From: Squalus acanthias
Lineage: Eukaryota
Assembly (NCBI GenBank): GCA_030390025.1
Contig: CM059432.1
Span: forward strand, 56,918,001 to 56,982,000
Direction of reading: 5' to 3'
DNA length: 64,000 bases
Below, in pieces: positions 36,248-48,443 of this stretch. The notes below the pieces were generated by a model, which was given only the letters and a program-made list of their open reading frames with translations, made no database searches and was not told where the DNA came from. A program made the position numbers and the translations under genes. The first letter of the stretch is position 1. Each line of letters opens with the position of its first letter.

Positions 36248-38541
36248 CTTGGGTCGGAGCGATCATAATATGATAGAATTCTTCATTAAGATTGAGAGTG
36301 AAGTGGTTGACTCAGAGACTAGGGTCCTGAATTTAAATAAAGGAAACTACGATGGTATGAGGTGCGAGTTGGGTAGGATTGATTGGGGAATGTCACTCAA
36401 AGGGTTGACAGTGGATAAGCAATGGCAAACATTCATGGACGAACTACAGAATTTGTTCATCCCAGTTTGGCATAAGAATAAAACAAAAAGGGTGACTCAA
36501 CCATGGCTAACAAGGAAAATTAGGGATAGCATAAGATCCAAGGAGCGGGCATATAAATTGGCCAGAAAAAGCAGTAACCCTGTGGATTGGGAGCAGTTTA
36601 AGATTCAACAAAGGAGGACAAAGGGATTAATTAAGAAGGGGAAAATAGAATACGAGAGTAAGCTTGCAGGGAACATAAAAACTGACTGTAAAAGCTTTTA
36701 TAGATATGTGAAGAGAAAAAGATTAGTGAAATCAAGCATAGGTCCCTTGCAGTCAGAATCAGGGGAACTTATAATGGGGAACAAAGAAATGTCAGGCCAA
36801 TTAAATACATATTTTGGTTCTGTCTTCACAAAGGAGGACACAAATAACCTCCCAGAGATGTTGGGGAACATAGGGTCTGATGAAAGGGGGGAACTGAAAG
36901 AAATCAGTATTTGTAGGGAAATGGTGTTGGGGAAATTGAGGGGATTGAAGGCCGATAAATCCCCAGGGCCTGATAATCTACATCCTAGGGTACTTAAGGA
37001 AGTGGCCCTAGAAATAGTAGATGCATTGCTGATCATCTTCCAACATTCGATGGAATCTGGAACAGTACCCATGGATTGGAGGGTAGCTAATGTTACCCCA
37101 CTATTCAAAAAGGGTGGTAGAGAGAAAACGGGGAATTACAACCAGTAAGCCTGACATCGGTAGTGGGGAAAATGCTAGAGTCCATTATAAAAGATGTAAT
37201 AGCTGAGCACTTGAAAAACAGTGACAGGATCGGACAAAGTCAACATGGATTTACAAAAGGTAAATCATGCTTGACTAATCTACTGGAATTTTTTGAGGAT
37301 GTAACTGGTAAAATAGTTAAGGGAGAACCAGTGGATGTGGTGTATTTGGACTTCCAAAAGGCTTTTGATAAGGTCCCGCATAAGAGACTAGTGTGTAAAG
37401 TTAAGGCACATGGGATTGGGGGCAAGGTATTGACTTGGATAGAGAACTGGTTGGCAGACAGAAAGCAAAGAGTTGCAATAAACGGGTCTTTTTCCGAGTG
37501 GCAGGCAGTGACTTGTGGGGTACCGCAGGGATCGGTCCTTGGACCCCAGCTATTCACAATATATATTAATGATCCAGACAAGGGAACTAGATGTAATATC
37601 TCCAAGTTTGCAGACGACACAAAACTGGGTGGGCGTGTGTGCTGCGAGGAGGATGCCGAGAAACTGCAGGATGATTTGGACAGGTTGGGTGATTGGGCAG
37701 AAGTGTGGCAGATGCAATATAACGTGGATAAATGCGAGGTTATCCACTTTGGTGTCAAAAACAGAAAGGCAGATTATTATCTGAATGGCAATAGATTGGG
37801 AGAAGGGGAAGTGCAACGAGACCTGGGTGTCCTTGTGCACCAGTCGCTGAAGGTAAGCATGCAGGTGCAGCAGGCGGTTAAGAAGGCAAATGGTATGTTG
37901 GCCTTCATAGCGAGAGGGTTCGAGTACAGGAACAAGGATGTCTTGCTGCAGTTGTACAGGGCCTTGGTGAGACCACACCTTGAGTACTGTGTGCAGCTTT
38001 GGTCGCCTTATCTGAAGAAGGATGTTCTTGCCATGGAAGGAGTTCAGCGAAGATTCACAAGGCTGATACCTGGGATGGCAGGAATGACGTATGAAGAGAG
38101 ATTGGGTCGATTGGGCTTATACTCGCTGGAGTTTAGAAGAATGAGAGGGGATCTCATTGAAACTTATAAAATTCTGACAGGACAGGACAAACTAGATGCA
38201 GGAAAGATGTTCCCGATGGTTGGGGAGTCCAGAACCAAGGGTCACAGTCTAAGGATAAGGGGTAAGCCATTTAGGATAGAAATGAGGAGGAATTTCTTCA
38301 CCCAGAGAGTGGTGAACCTGTGGAATTCTCTGCCACAGAAGGCAGTAGAGGCCAATTCATTAAATAGATTCAAGAAGGAGTTGGATATATTTCTTAAGGC
38401 TAAAGGGATCAAGGGATATGGGGAGAAAGCAGGGACAGGGTACTGAATTTGGATGATCAGCCATGATCGCATTGAATGGCGGAGCAGGCTAGAGGGGCCG
38501 AATGGCCTACTCCTGCTCCTATCTTCTATGATTCTATGATT
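36248..38541 (+). mobile_element. young CR1 LINE 'D', 5'-truncated, nested in CR1 'C'
   Basis: Starts at LGRSDHN (end of APE); two long ORFs split by one frameshift near 37140; tail TTCTATGATTCTATGATT. Confidence 0.95.
37163..38446 (+). pseudogene. uninterrupted 427-codon CR1 reverse-transcriptase and C-terminal frame (fragment of ORF2)
   Basis: [43 protein letters not shown] motifs; the element lacks ORF1 and most of APE. Confidence 0.9.
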
Positions 38542-38878
38542 CTCACCACTGCAGTAATCCCATCCTTTATTAACAGAGTTACCCCACCTCCTTTTCCTTT
38601 CTGCCTATCCTTCTGAAATGTCAAATATCCCTGAATATTCAGTTACCAGCCTTGGTCACTTTGCAACCACGTCTCTGTAATGGCTACCAGATCATACTCA
38701 TTTATTTCTATTTGTGCCATCAACTCATCTATCTTGTTACGAATGCTGCGTGCATTCAGATAAAGAGCCTTTAATTTTATCTGATCATTTTTCCTTACTC
38801 TGACTCTATTTTCTGGTTCACTCTTATGCTTGTACGCTCTTCCCCTTCCTGATACATTCTGGTTATCGTTACCCCTGT
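38542..38878 (-). mobile_element. 5' continuation of CR1 'C'
   Basis: Minus strand carries the APE N-terminus (NARSIRNKIDEL..VAITETWL) and rejoins 36247. Confidence 0.8.
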
Positions 38879-40217
38879 CTATTATTAAGGTTGTGGTAAC
38901 AGGGCACTTGGAAAAAAAATAATAGGATTGGGCAGAATCAACACGGATTTATGAAAGGGAAATCGTGTTTGACAAATCTGTTTTTTGAGGTTGTAACTAG
39001 CAGAATAGATAAGGGGGAACCACTGGATGTGGTGTATTTGGGTTTTCGGAAGGCTTTCGATAAGGTGCCACACAAGAGGTTATTAAACAAAATTAGGGCT
39101 CAAGGGATGGGGGGAATATACTAGCATGGATTGAGGATTGGTTAACGGACAGAAAACAGGGAGTAGGAATAAACGAGTCATTTTCGGGTTGGCAGGCTGT
39201 AACTAGTGGGGTACCGCAAGGATCAGTGCTTGGGCCTCAGCTATTCACAATCTATATCAATGATTTGGATGAGGGGACCAAATGTAATATATCCAAGTTT
39301 GCTGATGATACAAAGCTGGGTGGGAATGTAAGTTGTGAGGAGGATGCAAGGAGGCTTCAAGGGGATATAGACAAGCTAATGAGTGGGAAAGAACATGGCA
39401 AATGGAATATAATGTGGAGAAATGTGAAGTTATCCACTTTGGTAGGAAAATTAGAAAAGCAGAGTATTTTTTAAATGATGAAAGGTTGGAAAATGTTGGT
39501 GTTCACAGGGACCTGGATGTCCTTGTACACAAATCACTGAAATTAAACATGCAGGTACAGCAAGCAATTAGGAAAGCAAATGGTATGTTGGCCTTTATTA
39601 CAAGAGGATTTGAGTATAAAAGTAAAGACATCTGACTGCAATGATATAGGGCACTGGTGAGACCACACCTGGAGTATTGTGTACAGTTTGGTCTCCTTAC
39701 CTCAGGAAGGATATAGTTACCTTAGAGGGAGTGCAACGAAGGTTCACCAGACTGGTTCCTGGGATGGAGGGGGATTGTCCTAGGAGGACAGATTGAGTAG
39801 ACTAGGCCTATATACTGTAGAGTTTAGAAGAATGAGAGGTGATCTCATTGAAACATACAAAATTCTTACAGGGCTTGACAGGGTAGATGCAGGGAGGATG
39901 TTTCCCCTGGCTGGGGAGTCTAGAACCAGGGGTCACAGTCTCAGAATAAGGGGTCGGCCATTTAGGACTGAGATGAGGAGACATTTCTTCACTCAGAGGG
40001 TGGTGAATCTTTGGAATTCTCTACCCCAGAGGGCTGTGGAGGCTCAGTCGTTGAGTATATTCAAGACAGAGATCGATAGATTTTTGAATATTGAGGGAAT
40101 CAAGGGATATGGGGATAGTGCAGGAAAGTTCAGATGAGGTAGAAGATCTTGTTGAATGGTGGAGCAGGCTCGAAGATCCAATTTTCCTACTCCTGCTCCT
40201 ATTTCTTATGTTCTTAT
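38879..40217 (+). mobile_element. CR1 LINE 'A', right part
   Basis: Resumes TCTATTATTAAGG where 31699 breaks off; RT motifs; tail TTCTTATGTTCTTATG. Confidence 0.9.
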
Positions 40218-40746
40218 GACATACCCAGGGATGGTGATGGAGGAGTCTGGGACATTGGCTGAAAGGTATGATTCTGTGAGTATGACTGTGTCAGGCTGTT
40301 GCTTGACTAGTCTGTGGGACAGCTCTCCCAATTTTGGCACAAGTCCCCAGATGTTAGTGAGGAGGACTTTGCAGGATCGACTGGGCTGGGTGTGCTGTTG
40401 TTATGTCCGAAGCCGAGGTCGATGCCAGGGTGGTCCGTCCGATTTTATTCTTCTTATTGCTTTTCGTAGCGGTTTGTGACAACTGAGTGGCTTGCTAGGC
40501 CATTTCAGACGGCAGTTAAGAGTCAACCACATTGCTGTGGGTCTGTGGTCACATATAGGCCAGACCAGGTAAGGACGGCAGATTTTCTTCCCTAAAGGAC
40601 ATTAATGAACCAGATGGATTTTTACGACATTCTGATAGTTTCATGGTCACCATTATTGATACTAGCTTTTTAATACAGAAGTGAATTTAAATTCCCCAGC
40701 TGCCGTGGTGGGATTTAAACTCACGTCTCTGGATCATTAGTCCAGG
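40218..40746 (-). mobile_element. 5' part of the second tRNA-headed LINE copy (EN start, 5' UTR, B box; truncated before the A box)
   Basis: Reverse complement of ~9495-10005; B box GAGTTTAAATCCC near 40710-40722. Confidence 0.9.
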
Positions 40747-41306
40747 ACCGCCAGTTAGCCAGCACAACTCTTCTCAGTACAAGCATGAAAAATGCCAAAT
40801 ACATCACATCTTAAAACAATAATCTGATAGATGAGTTTCCGTGACAACAAATTATGAGAGCACAGCTTGAATGATTTATGTTGATCATAAAAGATCTTGA
40901 GGCATTACTGCCTTAAATTCAGTTGGGAGAAAACAGAATTTTCTTGGAAAGTACAATTTGTTACTTTTGATAATGTATGATGTTTTTCTATTGCAGCAAA
41001 AAGAATCTGCAATGCGATTATACTTTTACTAGTTTTCATGCCACTGATGTGCCATGTGTTGTGTGATAAGAAATACCAGTTTTGTAACTTGGGACCTACA
41101 TTATTTTTATAGGTTTTGTTTTGTATAAGTCGCTCATATGTAATAAGTTTCATAGGACATATCAACTTGCTCTCATTGCATCTTCTAGCTGAAGACAATC
41201 TACACAGACTTTCCCTGCTGAGGTTCTGCTTTCGAGCAACATCTTGTTGCCGTGATATCTGAGATGCATGGAAATATTTCAATGATGTACTAACACTGTG
41301 TGTGAA

Positions 41307-41404
41307 AAAAATGAGAAGTCGCACAACACCAGGTTATAGTCCAACAGTTTTATTTGAAATTACAAGCTTTCGGAGCTCTGCTCCTTCTTCAGGTACAGGT
41401 ACAA
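41307..41404 (-). mobile_element. ~95-bp Penelope family B pLTR fragment with an intact hammerhead (41361-41395)
   Basis: Minus strand UAC-CUGAAGA-A-GGAGC-AGA-GCUCC-GAAA-GCUU-GUA; TSD TGTGTGAA at 41299-41306 and 41405-41412. Confidence 0.82.
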
Positions 41405-42009
41405 TGTGTGAAGTATGTGGATGTGTATTTCCTGATTTTAATTAGCTGATTTAACAGACTGTTCTACTGTAGAGCGAACACAATCAATTTAGAAGTAAAG
41501 TCCAGGTGTCCTATGCATGTAAAATGTGTCATGTGTCAGATATGAGTAACTGCTGTCGTCTTTTGAGTTTCAAAATACTGTGCAGAACTCCTTGAAACAA
41601 ATGGTTTAATGTTTCATGAAACCTCACTTAATGTCAATCTTTTTCTAACAAAACCTTCTGATGCAAGTGAGATCAAAGAACAATGTAATAAATATGTACT
41701 GGAAAAATCTTTATGATGCACACAGATAAAATGAGATGAGACCATATGTTTTGTTTCCAGCATAGTTAGGTACATTAAATGAAATTATCTACTTCATTTT
41801 TTTATGAACTGTTTCTCTTGAGAAGTAACAGAACCATTCTTTCAGAATTTAGACATCTTCTTGAATTCATAAGTTTAAAATACACATTTGAGTCAAAAGG
41901 AAGCAAGGATTCAAGATTAGTTTCCACTATATCACATGCAAAATTCTACTTCAGGCAAATGGGAATGAGTGACCATGATTGAAGAGATTTTTTAGGTTCA
42001 GTTTTGCAT

Positions 42010-42315
42010 TGTTCTTCTGTTTATTTGTTTTCGAGATGTGGAGAACGCTGGCAAGGCCTTCTAAGGAGACAATGCTTGTGAGCCTTCTGTTTTGTATGGA
42101 TTGTACAACTGAGTGGTTCAGTCGGCCACTTTGGGCGGGATTTAGGGTCAACCATGGAATCGTTAGGGGTGGCAAGTTCCCTTTGCCAAATTACGTTAGT
42201 GAACCTTTGGGTTTGTATGATAATCGAATTTTTCTAGTGCTAGTCCGCAAATTAACAGATTAATTGAAATTAGCTTTGCAATTCGCCATGGTGGAACTTG
42301 AACTCTCGGCGTGCC
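42010..42315 (-). mobile_element. old SINE-like element sharing both 5' head/UTR and 3' tail with the tRNA-headed LINE
   Basis: Minus strand GAGTTCAAGTTCCACCATGGC..CCACTCAGTTGTA..GGCCTTGCCAGCG matches LINE 9518-9747 and 12635-12655. Confidence 0.7.
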
Positions 42316-42403
42316 CTAACCTTTATACTGCTGTACATGTGATTTCTGAAAGTTGTACTGGGTACAATCTGATATGAAATGAAATGGTATTGAAAATTGG
42401 AAT

Positions 42404-42497
42404 TAAAAAACAGAAAATATTAGAAATACACAACGAGATCATCAGCATCTGAAGGATAGGTTAACATTTTACGCTGAGACGCTTTGTCAGAAAGGGA
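42404..42497 (-). mobile_element. highly decayed Penelope family A pLTR fragment
   Basis: AAAACAGAAAAT..GAAATACACAAC..CAGCATCTG..GTTAACATTT..TGTCAGAA parallels 4548-4645. Confidence 0.5.
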
Positions 42498-44063
42498 AAA
42501 AAACAAGACAGCAGAGTTTCTTTGTAGGGCTAACCAAAAAAAAGAGAAGGAAGAACAGCGAGTAATTAAATATTAGTAGGAAGAAGCAGCAGGGAGGTTT
42601 AATAGCATGTAAATATATTTTCTTTTAAAAGCTGGAAAGAGGTAAAAAAAATGTTCAGTGATATACAGAGGTCATCTTATTGAAAGGTAACATTTCCTTG
42701 CAAATTAAGATTTAGTTTGGTATATAGCTTCAGAAATGGCACACAAAGAAAGTGATTGCAATTCAAATCTGAAACATACAAATTACCATCAATCATTAAA
42801 AATCTTGTGTATGCACGCACAGCTTCTCCACAAACCTTAATTCCCGTTGTCACGATTTTTGGTAACGCTTTTATGTTAACCGTTTATGTATAAACTGTGT
42901 AAACATTTTGTAATGTCATTTCCTTATGGAAAGAGTTATTTGTCACTGTTTATGGATGAACTAATCAAATCATTCAAAATGCTTTTTGAAAAATTCGGCA
43001 TCTCCCATTTTTTTCTCAGCAACTGAAGTTTCTAACATCTACAGCAAGGTTTTAAATAAAATCAAAAAATTACATATTGCACAAACATGATTACATTTAC
43101 CCATTAAGTTATTTGTGCTTTTTAGTACTTTCCTTAAACTTTTTACTTTAAGGCCTCTATCTGTTTCAAATCATTGGGCTTCAATTGGATATTTTTAGTT
43201 CAGGACAAACAGAGCTTCTGGTAACATTTGTGTATTCTAAGCATGCACAATTTCCTGAATTTTTCAGCATATAATTTGTGCATTCTGAGCATCTACAGTT
43301 TGCAGAACTTCTTAGCATGAGTTGATGAAAGTGTCGCCTCTCATCCTGTGAATATTTAAGTGTGTCTTTGCTTTTTCCAAAAGACTTTCCAACCGACTGC
43401 AGATTGAATTCTCAAAGCTTTATTTCAGGGAAATTATGACATTTATTAATTATTGTCGCTTTTCTCTTCGGAACCGCTCTAAAACGGACAACACCTGTGG
43501 TCAGCAGCAACTGTGATTGTAGTTTCTTTAAAAGGTTGTTCATCAAGAATAGATTTTTTTAGTCACTTGTCTCTTTTATTTCTATAGAAAATTCAGTTTA
43601 AAAAAAAATCTTCTGAACCATTTTTGAGGCTTACAAAATTTTTTATATAAAACCTTAGAAATGGTGCAAATGTTGAACATTTCAGCATTTTATGAGCTAA
43701 CGTTTGCTTGTTTATGGAATGTAAATTCACTGGAAGAGCAATAAAAGGTCAATTTTCCAGTTTGGTTCTCCCAGCCCAGGCCAGGAAATAATATTCAGAA
43801 ATTGGACACTCCCATCACATGACTTTTCACCCATTTGGATGGAAAATCACGAACTGAGTGCGCACAATTTCCCAAAAGTAGAGGCAGGAAATTTGCCTGT
43901 AAATTGTTTCAGGCAGGAGTGTAATTACAAGAATGCTGACTAGCAAGGGAGGTGGTGGTTTTGGTGGGGAGGGGGGTGTACATGAGGGCACCAAAAGGGC
44001 TACACATGGGTCAGCAGTGGATGTGGATGGACAGGAACAATGGGGTAGTGGTTACAGCACCTG

Positions 44064-44223
44064 TTGGTTTTGTGTGTAGAGAGAGAGAGAATGAAGTATA
44101 TTTCAAGTAATTCACCATTAAGTTAAACTGGAATTATATTACAAATTGGTTTTGTATCTAGAGAGAATGAAGTATATTTCAAGTAATTCATCATTAACTT
44201 AAAAACTGGAATTATAGTACAAA
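44064..44223. repeat. local tandem duplication, two units of ~80 bp
   Basis: TTGGTTTTGT..AGAGAGAATGAAGTATATTTCAAGTAATTCA..ACTGGAATTATA.TACAAA occurs at 44064 and 44146. Confidence 0.9.
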
Positions 44224-44434
44224 ACCTATAATAATACCTATCAGGCCCTGCTTCAACATTATTCTTATTGTATCTGTGTCACACTGCTTCTTCCACACTG
44301 AATACCATACCTCTTAATCCACAATCTTGAAAATCAGGAATGTAGATTTATAAATTAGGGACAAATGGATCAAATCAAGGGCATTTATTTTACTATGCGT
44401 AATTTAAGCCTCATGACACTTTCGTAGAATCATA

Positions 44435-45334
44435 GGCTTGAATTTTAATCGGGAGGCGGGTTGGGAACGGGGGGCTCGGAAGTGGTCAGGAAACCCAGGC
44501 GAATTTAACGACAGGGCCTGATTTGCATGGGAAACCTCTGTTTCCCCACCCACAGCCAGCCAGATTGAGAGGCTGGCTGGCTGTGGGCGGGTAGGCTGTG
44601 GCGCTAGGCTGCAGAGAGGAGGGAGGGAGGGATCGCATGGAGGCCGGAGGAGCAAGAGGAGCAGGGTCAGAACCGTTCGGAGTGGGGTGGCGGGAACAAT
44701 CGGAGGGGGTGGTGGGGGGGCAGTTGGGAACAATTGGTGTGCCGGAGGAGCCGGGGAGGGAACAGGGGGGGGTGGGTGATCATCAGAGGGCCGGAGGATC
44801 ACGTGGGGGCCAGTGGTGATCATCGGAGGGCCGGAGGTTGATGAACGGGGGGGCCGGGAGTGATCATCGAAGGATCACTTGGGGGCCGGGGGTGATCATC
44901 GGGAGGGCCAGAGGATTGCATGGGGCCAGTGGTGCTCATCGGAGGGCCGGAGGTACGTGTGGTGGCCGGCGGGTGATGAACGGGGGGGCCCTGGGGAGGA
45001 CCGTATGGGGGCCGGGGGTGATCATCGGAGGATCACATGGAGGCCGGGGTGATCATTGGAGGATCGCATGGGGGCCGGGGGTGATGATCGGGGAACCGGA
45101 TGAGCAGTGGGAGGGCTGGGGGGGAGGGGGGGTGATAATCGGGGGGGCCAGGAGCAGCACAGGATCGGGGGGTCGGAGCAGCATGATCGGGTGCTGGAGG
45201 AGCATGGTTGGGAGGGGGGGAAATCGGAGGCCTCGTGGGGGCGGGGGGTGGTCTCCGATCGTGGGGGTTGGGTTAGGCAGGGACTTTGGAACCAGTAGTT
45301 CTCGCCTTACTTTAGCTGGGTTAAAACTACCTCC
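44435..45334. mobile_element. Harbinger-type MITE with an internal G-rich minisatellite
   Basis: TSD ATA inside the CR1 tail; weak TIRs GGCTTGAATTTTAA / TTAAAACTACCTCC; left end resembles the 31706 element. Confidence 0.65.
44770..45150. repeat. degenerate G-rich minisatellite, ~32-45-bp units
   Basis: Repeats of GGGGCCGGGGGTGATCATCGGAGGATCAC/GC. Confidence 0.85.
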
Positions 45335-45452
45335 ATAGAAACTTACAACACTGGAGGAGACCATTTGGCCCGTCATGCCTGTGCTGGCTCTTTGAAACAG
45401 CTGTCCAATTTAGTCCCGAACCGCAGCTTTTTCCCCATAATCTTGCAAATTA

Positions 45453-46530
45453 GTCATAGGAACAGGAGTAGGCCATTCAGCCCCTCGAGTCTGTTCCGCC
45501 ATTCGATGAGATCATGGCTGATCTGTGATCTAACTCCATATACCTGCCTTTGGCCCATATCCCTCAATACCTTTGGTTAACAAAAAGCTATCAATCTCCG
45601 ATTTAAAATTAGCAATTGATCTAACATCAATTGCCGTTTGCGGAAAAGAGTTCCAAGCTTCTACCACCCTTTGTGTGTGGAAGTGTTTCCTAATTTCACT
45701 CCTGAAAGGTCTGGCTCTAATTTTTAGACTATGCCCCCTAGTCCTAGAATCCCCAACCAGCGGAAATAGTTTCTCTCCATCTACCCTATCTGTTCCCCTT
45801 AATATTCTGAAAACTTCGATCAGATCACCCCTTAACCTTCTAAATGCTAGGGAATACAACCCTAATTTGTGTAATCTCTCCTCGTAACTTAACCCTTGAA
45901 GTCCGTGTATCATTCTGGTAAACCTACGCTGCACTCCCTCCAAGACCAATATATCCTTCCTAAGGTTTGGTGCCTAGAACTGCTCACAGTACTCCAGGTG
46001 TGGTCCAACCAGGGTTTTGTTTAGCTGCAGCATAACTTCTGCCCCTTGTACTCTAGTCTTCTAGATATAAAGGCCAGCATTCCATTAGCCTTTTTGATTA
46101 TTTTCTGTACCTGTTCATGACATTTTAATGGTCTATGTACCTGAACCCCCAAGTCTCTTTGGACATCTACTGTTTTTTAGCTTTTCACCATTTAGAAAGT
46201 ACCCTGTTCTATCCTTTTTAGGTCCAAAGTGGATGACCTCACATTTGCTTACATTGAAATCCATTTGCCACAGTTTTGCCCATTCACTTAATCTATCAAT
46301 ATTCCCTTGTAATTTTATGCTTTCATCTACATTGCCTACAATGCTGCCTATCTTTGTGACATCGTCAAATTTGGATATATGACTTTCTATGCCATCATCT
46401 AAGTCGTTAATAAATATTGTGAATAGTTGAGGCCCCACCACTAGTCACATCCTGCCAATTTGAGTACCTACCCATTACCCCTACTCTCTGTCTCCTGCCG
46501 CTCAGCCAATTTCCTAACCAGGTCAATAAT
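45453..46530 (-). mobile_element. CR1 LINE 3' fragment (nested)
   Basis: ORFs 45530-45949 and 46133-46441 (GPQLFTIFINDL, CEVIHFG). Confidence 0.9.
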
Positions 46531-46957
46531 TTGCCCTCTTCAAAGTCCAATTGCTTTTTGAAAGTTCCTATCGAATCTGCTTCCACCACCCTTTCAGATA
46601 TTGCATTCCAGATCTTAACAACCCTCTGTGTGGAAAAACATTCTCCTTATTTCCCCTCTAGTTCTTTTACAAATTATTTTAAATCTATAACCTCTGGTTA
46701 CCGACCCACTTGCGAGAGGAAACTTTTTCTCCGTATTTGCTACATCAAAACCCCTCATAATTTTGAATAACCTCTATTGGGTCTCCCCTTAACCTTCTCT
46801 GTTCTAAGGAGAACAATCCTACCTTCTCCAATCTCTCAACATAACTGAAGTCCCTCATCCCTGGTATCATCCTGGTAAACCTCCTCTGTACCCTCTCCTA
46901 GCCTGTGATATTCTCCCTAAAGTGTAGTGCCCAGAATTGTATACATTACTTCAATTG

Positions 46958-48443
46958 ATACTGTCAACAGCTTCCTCTCCTCAGGTACTGTCCCCCTCCC
47001 CTTTAAATTTTCCATCATCATCCCTCTCCTCAAAAACCCACCTTGGACCCCTCTGTCCTTCCAAACTACCGCCCCATCTCCCTTTCTTCTCAAGTTCTTG
47101 AATGTGTTGTCGCCTCCCAAATCCGTGCCCATCTTTCCCGCAACTCCATGTTTAAATCCCTCCAATTAGGTTTCCGCCCCGCCACAGTACTGAAATGGCC
47201 CTTATCAAAGTCACAAATGACACCCTATATGACTGTGACCGTGGTAAACTATCCCATCTCATAATTTTCGAATGCAGCCTTTGACATGGTTGACCACACC
47301 ATCCTCCTCCAACACCTCTTCTCCGGCGTCCAGCTGGGTGGGACTGCCCTTGCCTGGTTCCATTCTTATTTATCCAGTCGTAGTCAGGGAATTACCTGCA
47401 TTGGCTTCTCTTCCCACTCCCGCACTGTTACCTCTGGAGTCCCCCACATTTCTATACTTGGCCCCCTCTTACATGCTGCCCCTCAGCGACATCATTCAAA
47501 AACACACTATCACATTCCACATGTACGCTGAGGATACCCAGCTCTATCTCACCACCTTCTCTCTCAACCCCTCCACTGTCTGATTTGTCACATTGCTTGT
47601 CTGATATCCAGTGCTGGATGTGCAGAAGTTTCCTCCAACTAAATATTGGGAAGACTGAAGCTATTGACTTCAGTCCCTGCCTCAAACTCTGTTCCTTAGC
47701 CACCAAATCCATCCCTCTGCCTGGCAACTGTCTGAGGCTGAACCAGACCGTTTGCAACCTTGGTGTCGTATTTGACCCTGAGATGAGCTTCCGACCACAT
47801 ATACACTCCATCACCAAGACCGCCTACTTCCACCTCTGTAACATGGCCCGACTCTGCCCCTGCCTCAGCTCATCTGCTGCTGAAACCCTCATCCATGCCT
47901 CTGTTACCTTTAGACTTGACTATTCCAATGCTCTCCTGGCTGGCATCCCATCTTCCACCATACATAAACTTGATCTCATCCAAAACTCGTGTCCTAACTC
48001 GTACCAAGTCCTGTTCACCCATCACCCGTGTGCTCGCTGACCTACATTGGCTCCCGGTCTGGTAACACCTCAACTTTAAAACTCTCATCCTTGTTTTCAA
48101 ATCTCTCCATGGCCTCACAACTCCCTATCTCTGTAACCTCCAGCCATACAACCCTCCGAGATCTCTGCGCTCCTCCAATTCTGGCCTCTTGCGCATCCCC
48201 AATTTTTATCGCTCAACCTTTGGCAGTTGTGCCTTTAGCTGCCCAGGCCCTAAGCTCTGGAATTTTCTCCCTAAACATCTCTGCCTCTCTTCCTCTCTCT
48301 CCTCCTTTAAGATGCTCCCTAAAACCTACCTCTTTTCATCTGTCCTAATATCTCATGTGTCAAATTTTGTTTGATAACACTCCTGTGAAACACCTTGGGA
48401 CGTTTTACTACATTAAAGGCACAAGTTGCTGTTGTTGTTGTTG
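46958..48443 (+). mobile_element. L2 LINE 3' portion (RT plus tail)
   Basis: LDPSVLPNYRPIS, HMYAEDTQLY, LQLNIGKTE, NLGVVFD, RLDYSNALLAG; L2 tail GGGACGTTTTACTACATTAAAGGC..(TTG)n. Confidence 0.9.

Noticed and set aside
36171..37148. 325-aa ORF as a novel fusion protein
   Set aside because: The first ~25 codons are antisense CR1 C sequence running into the truncated CR1 D.
44404..45376. Pro/Gly-rich ORFs, or a CRISPR-like array
   Set aside because: By-products of a G-rich minisatellite; no unique spacers, and the context is eukaryotic.
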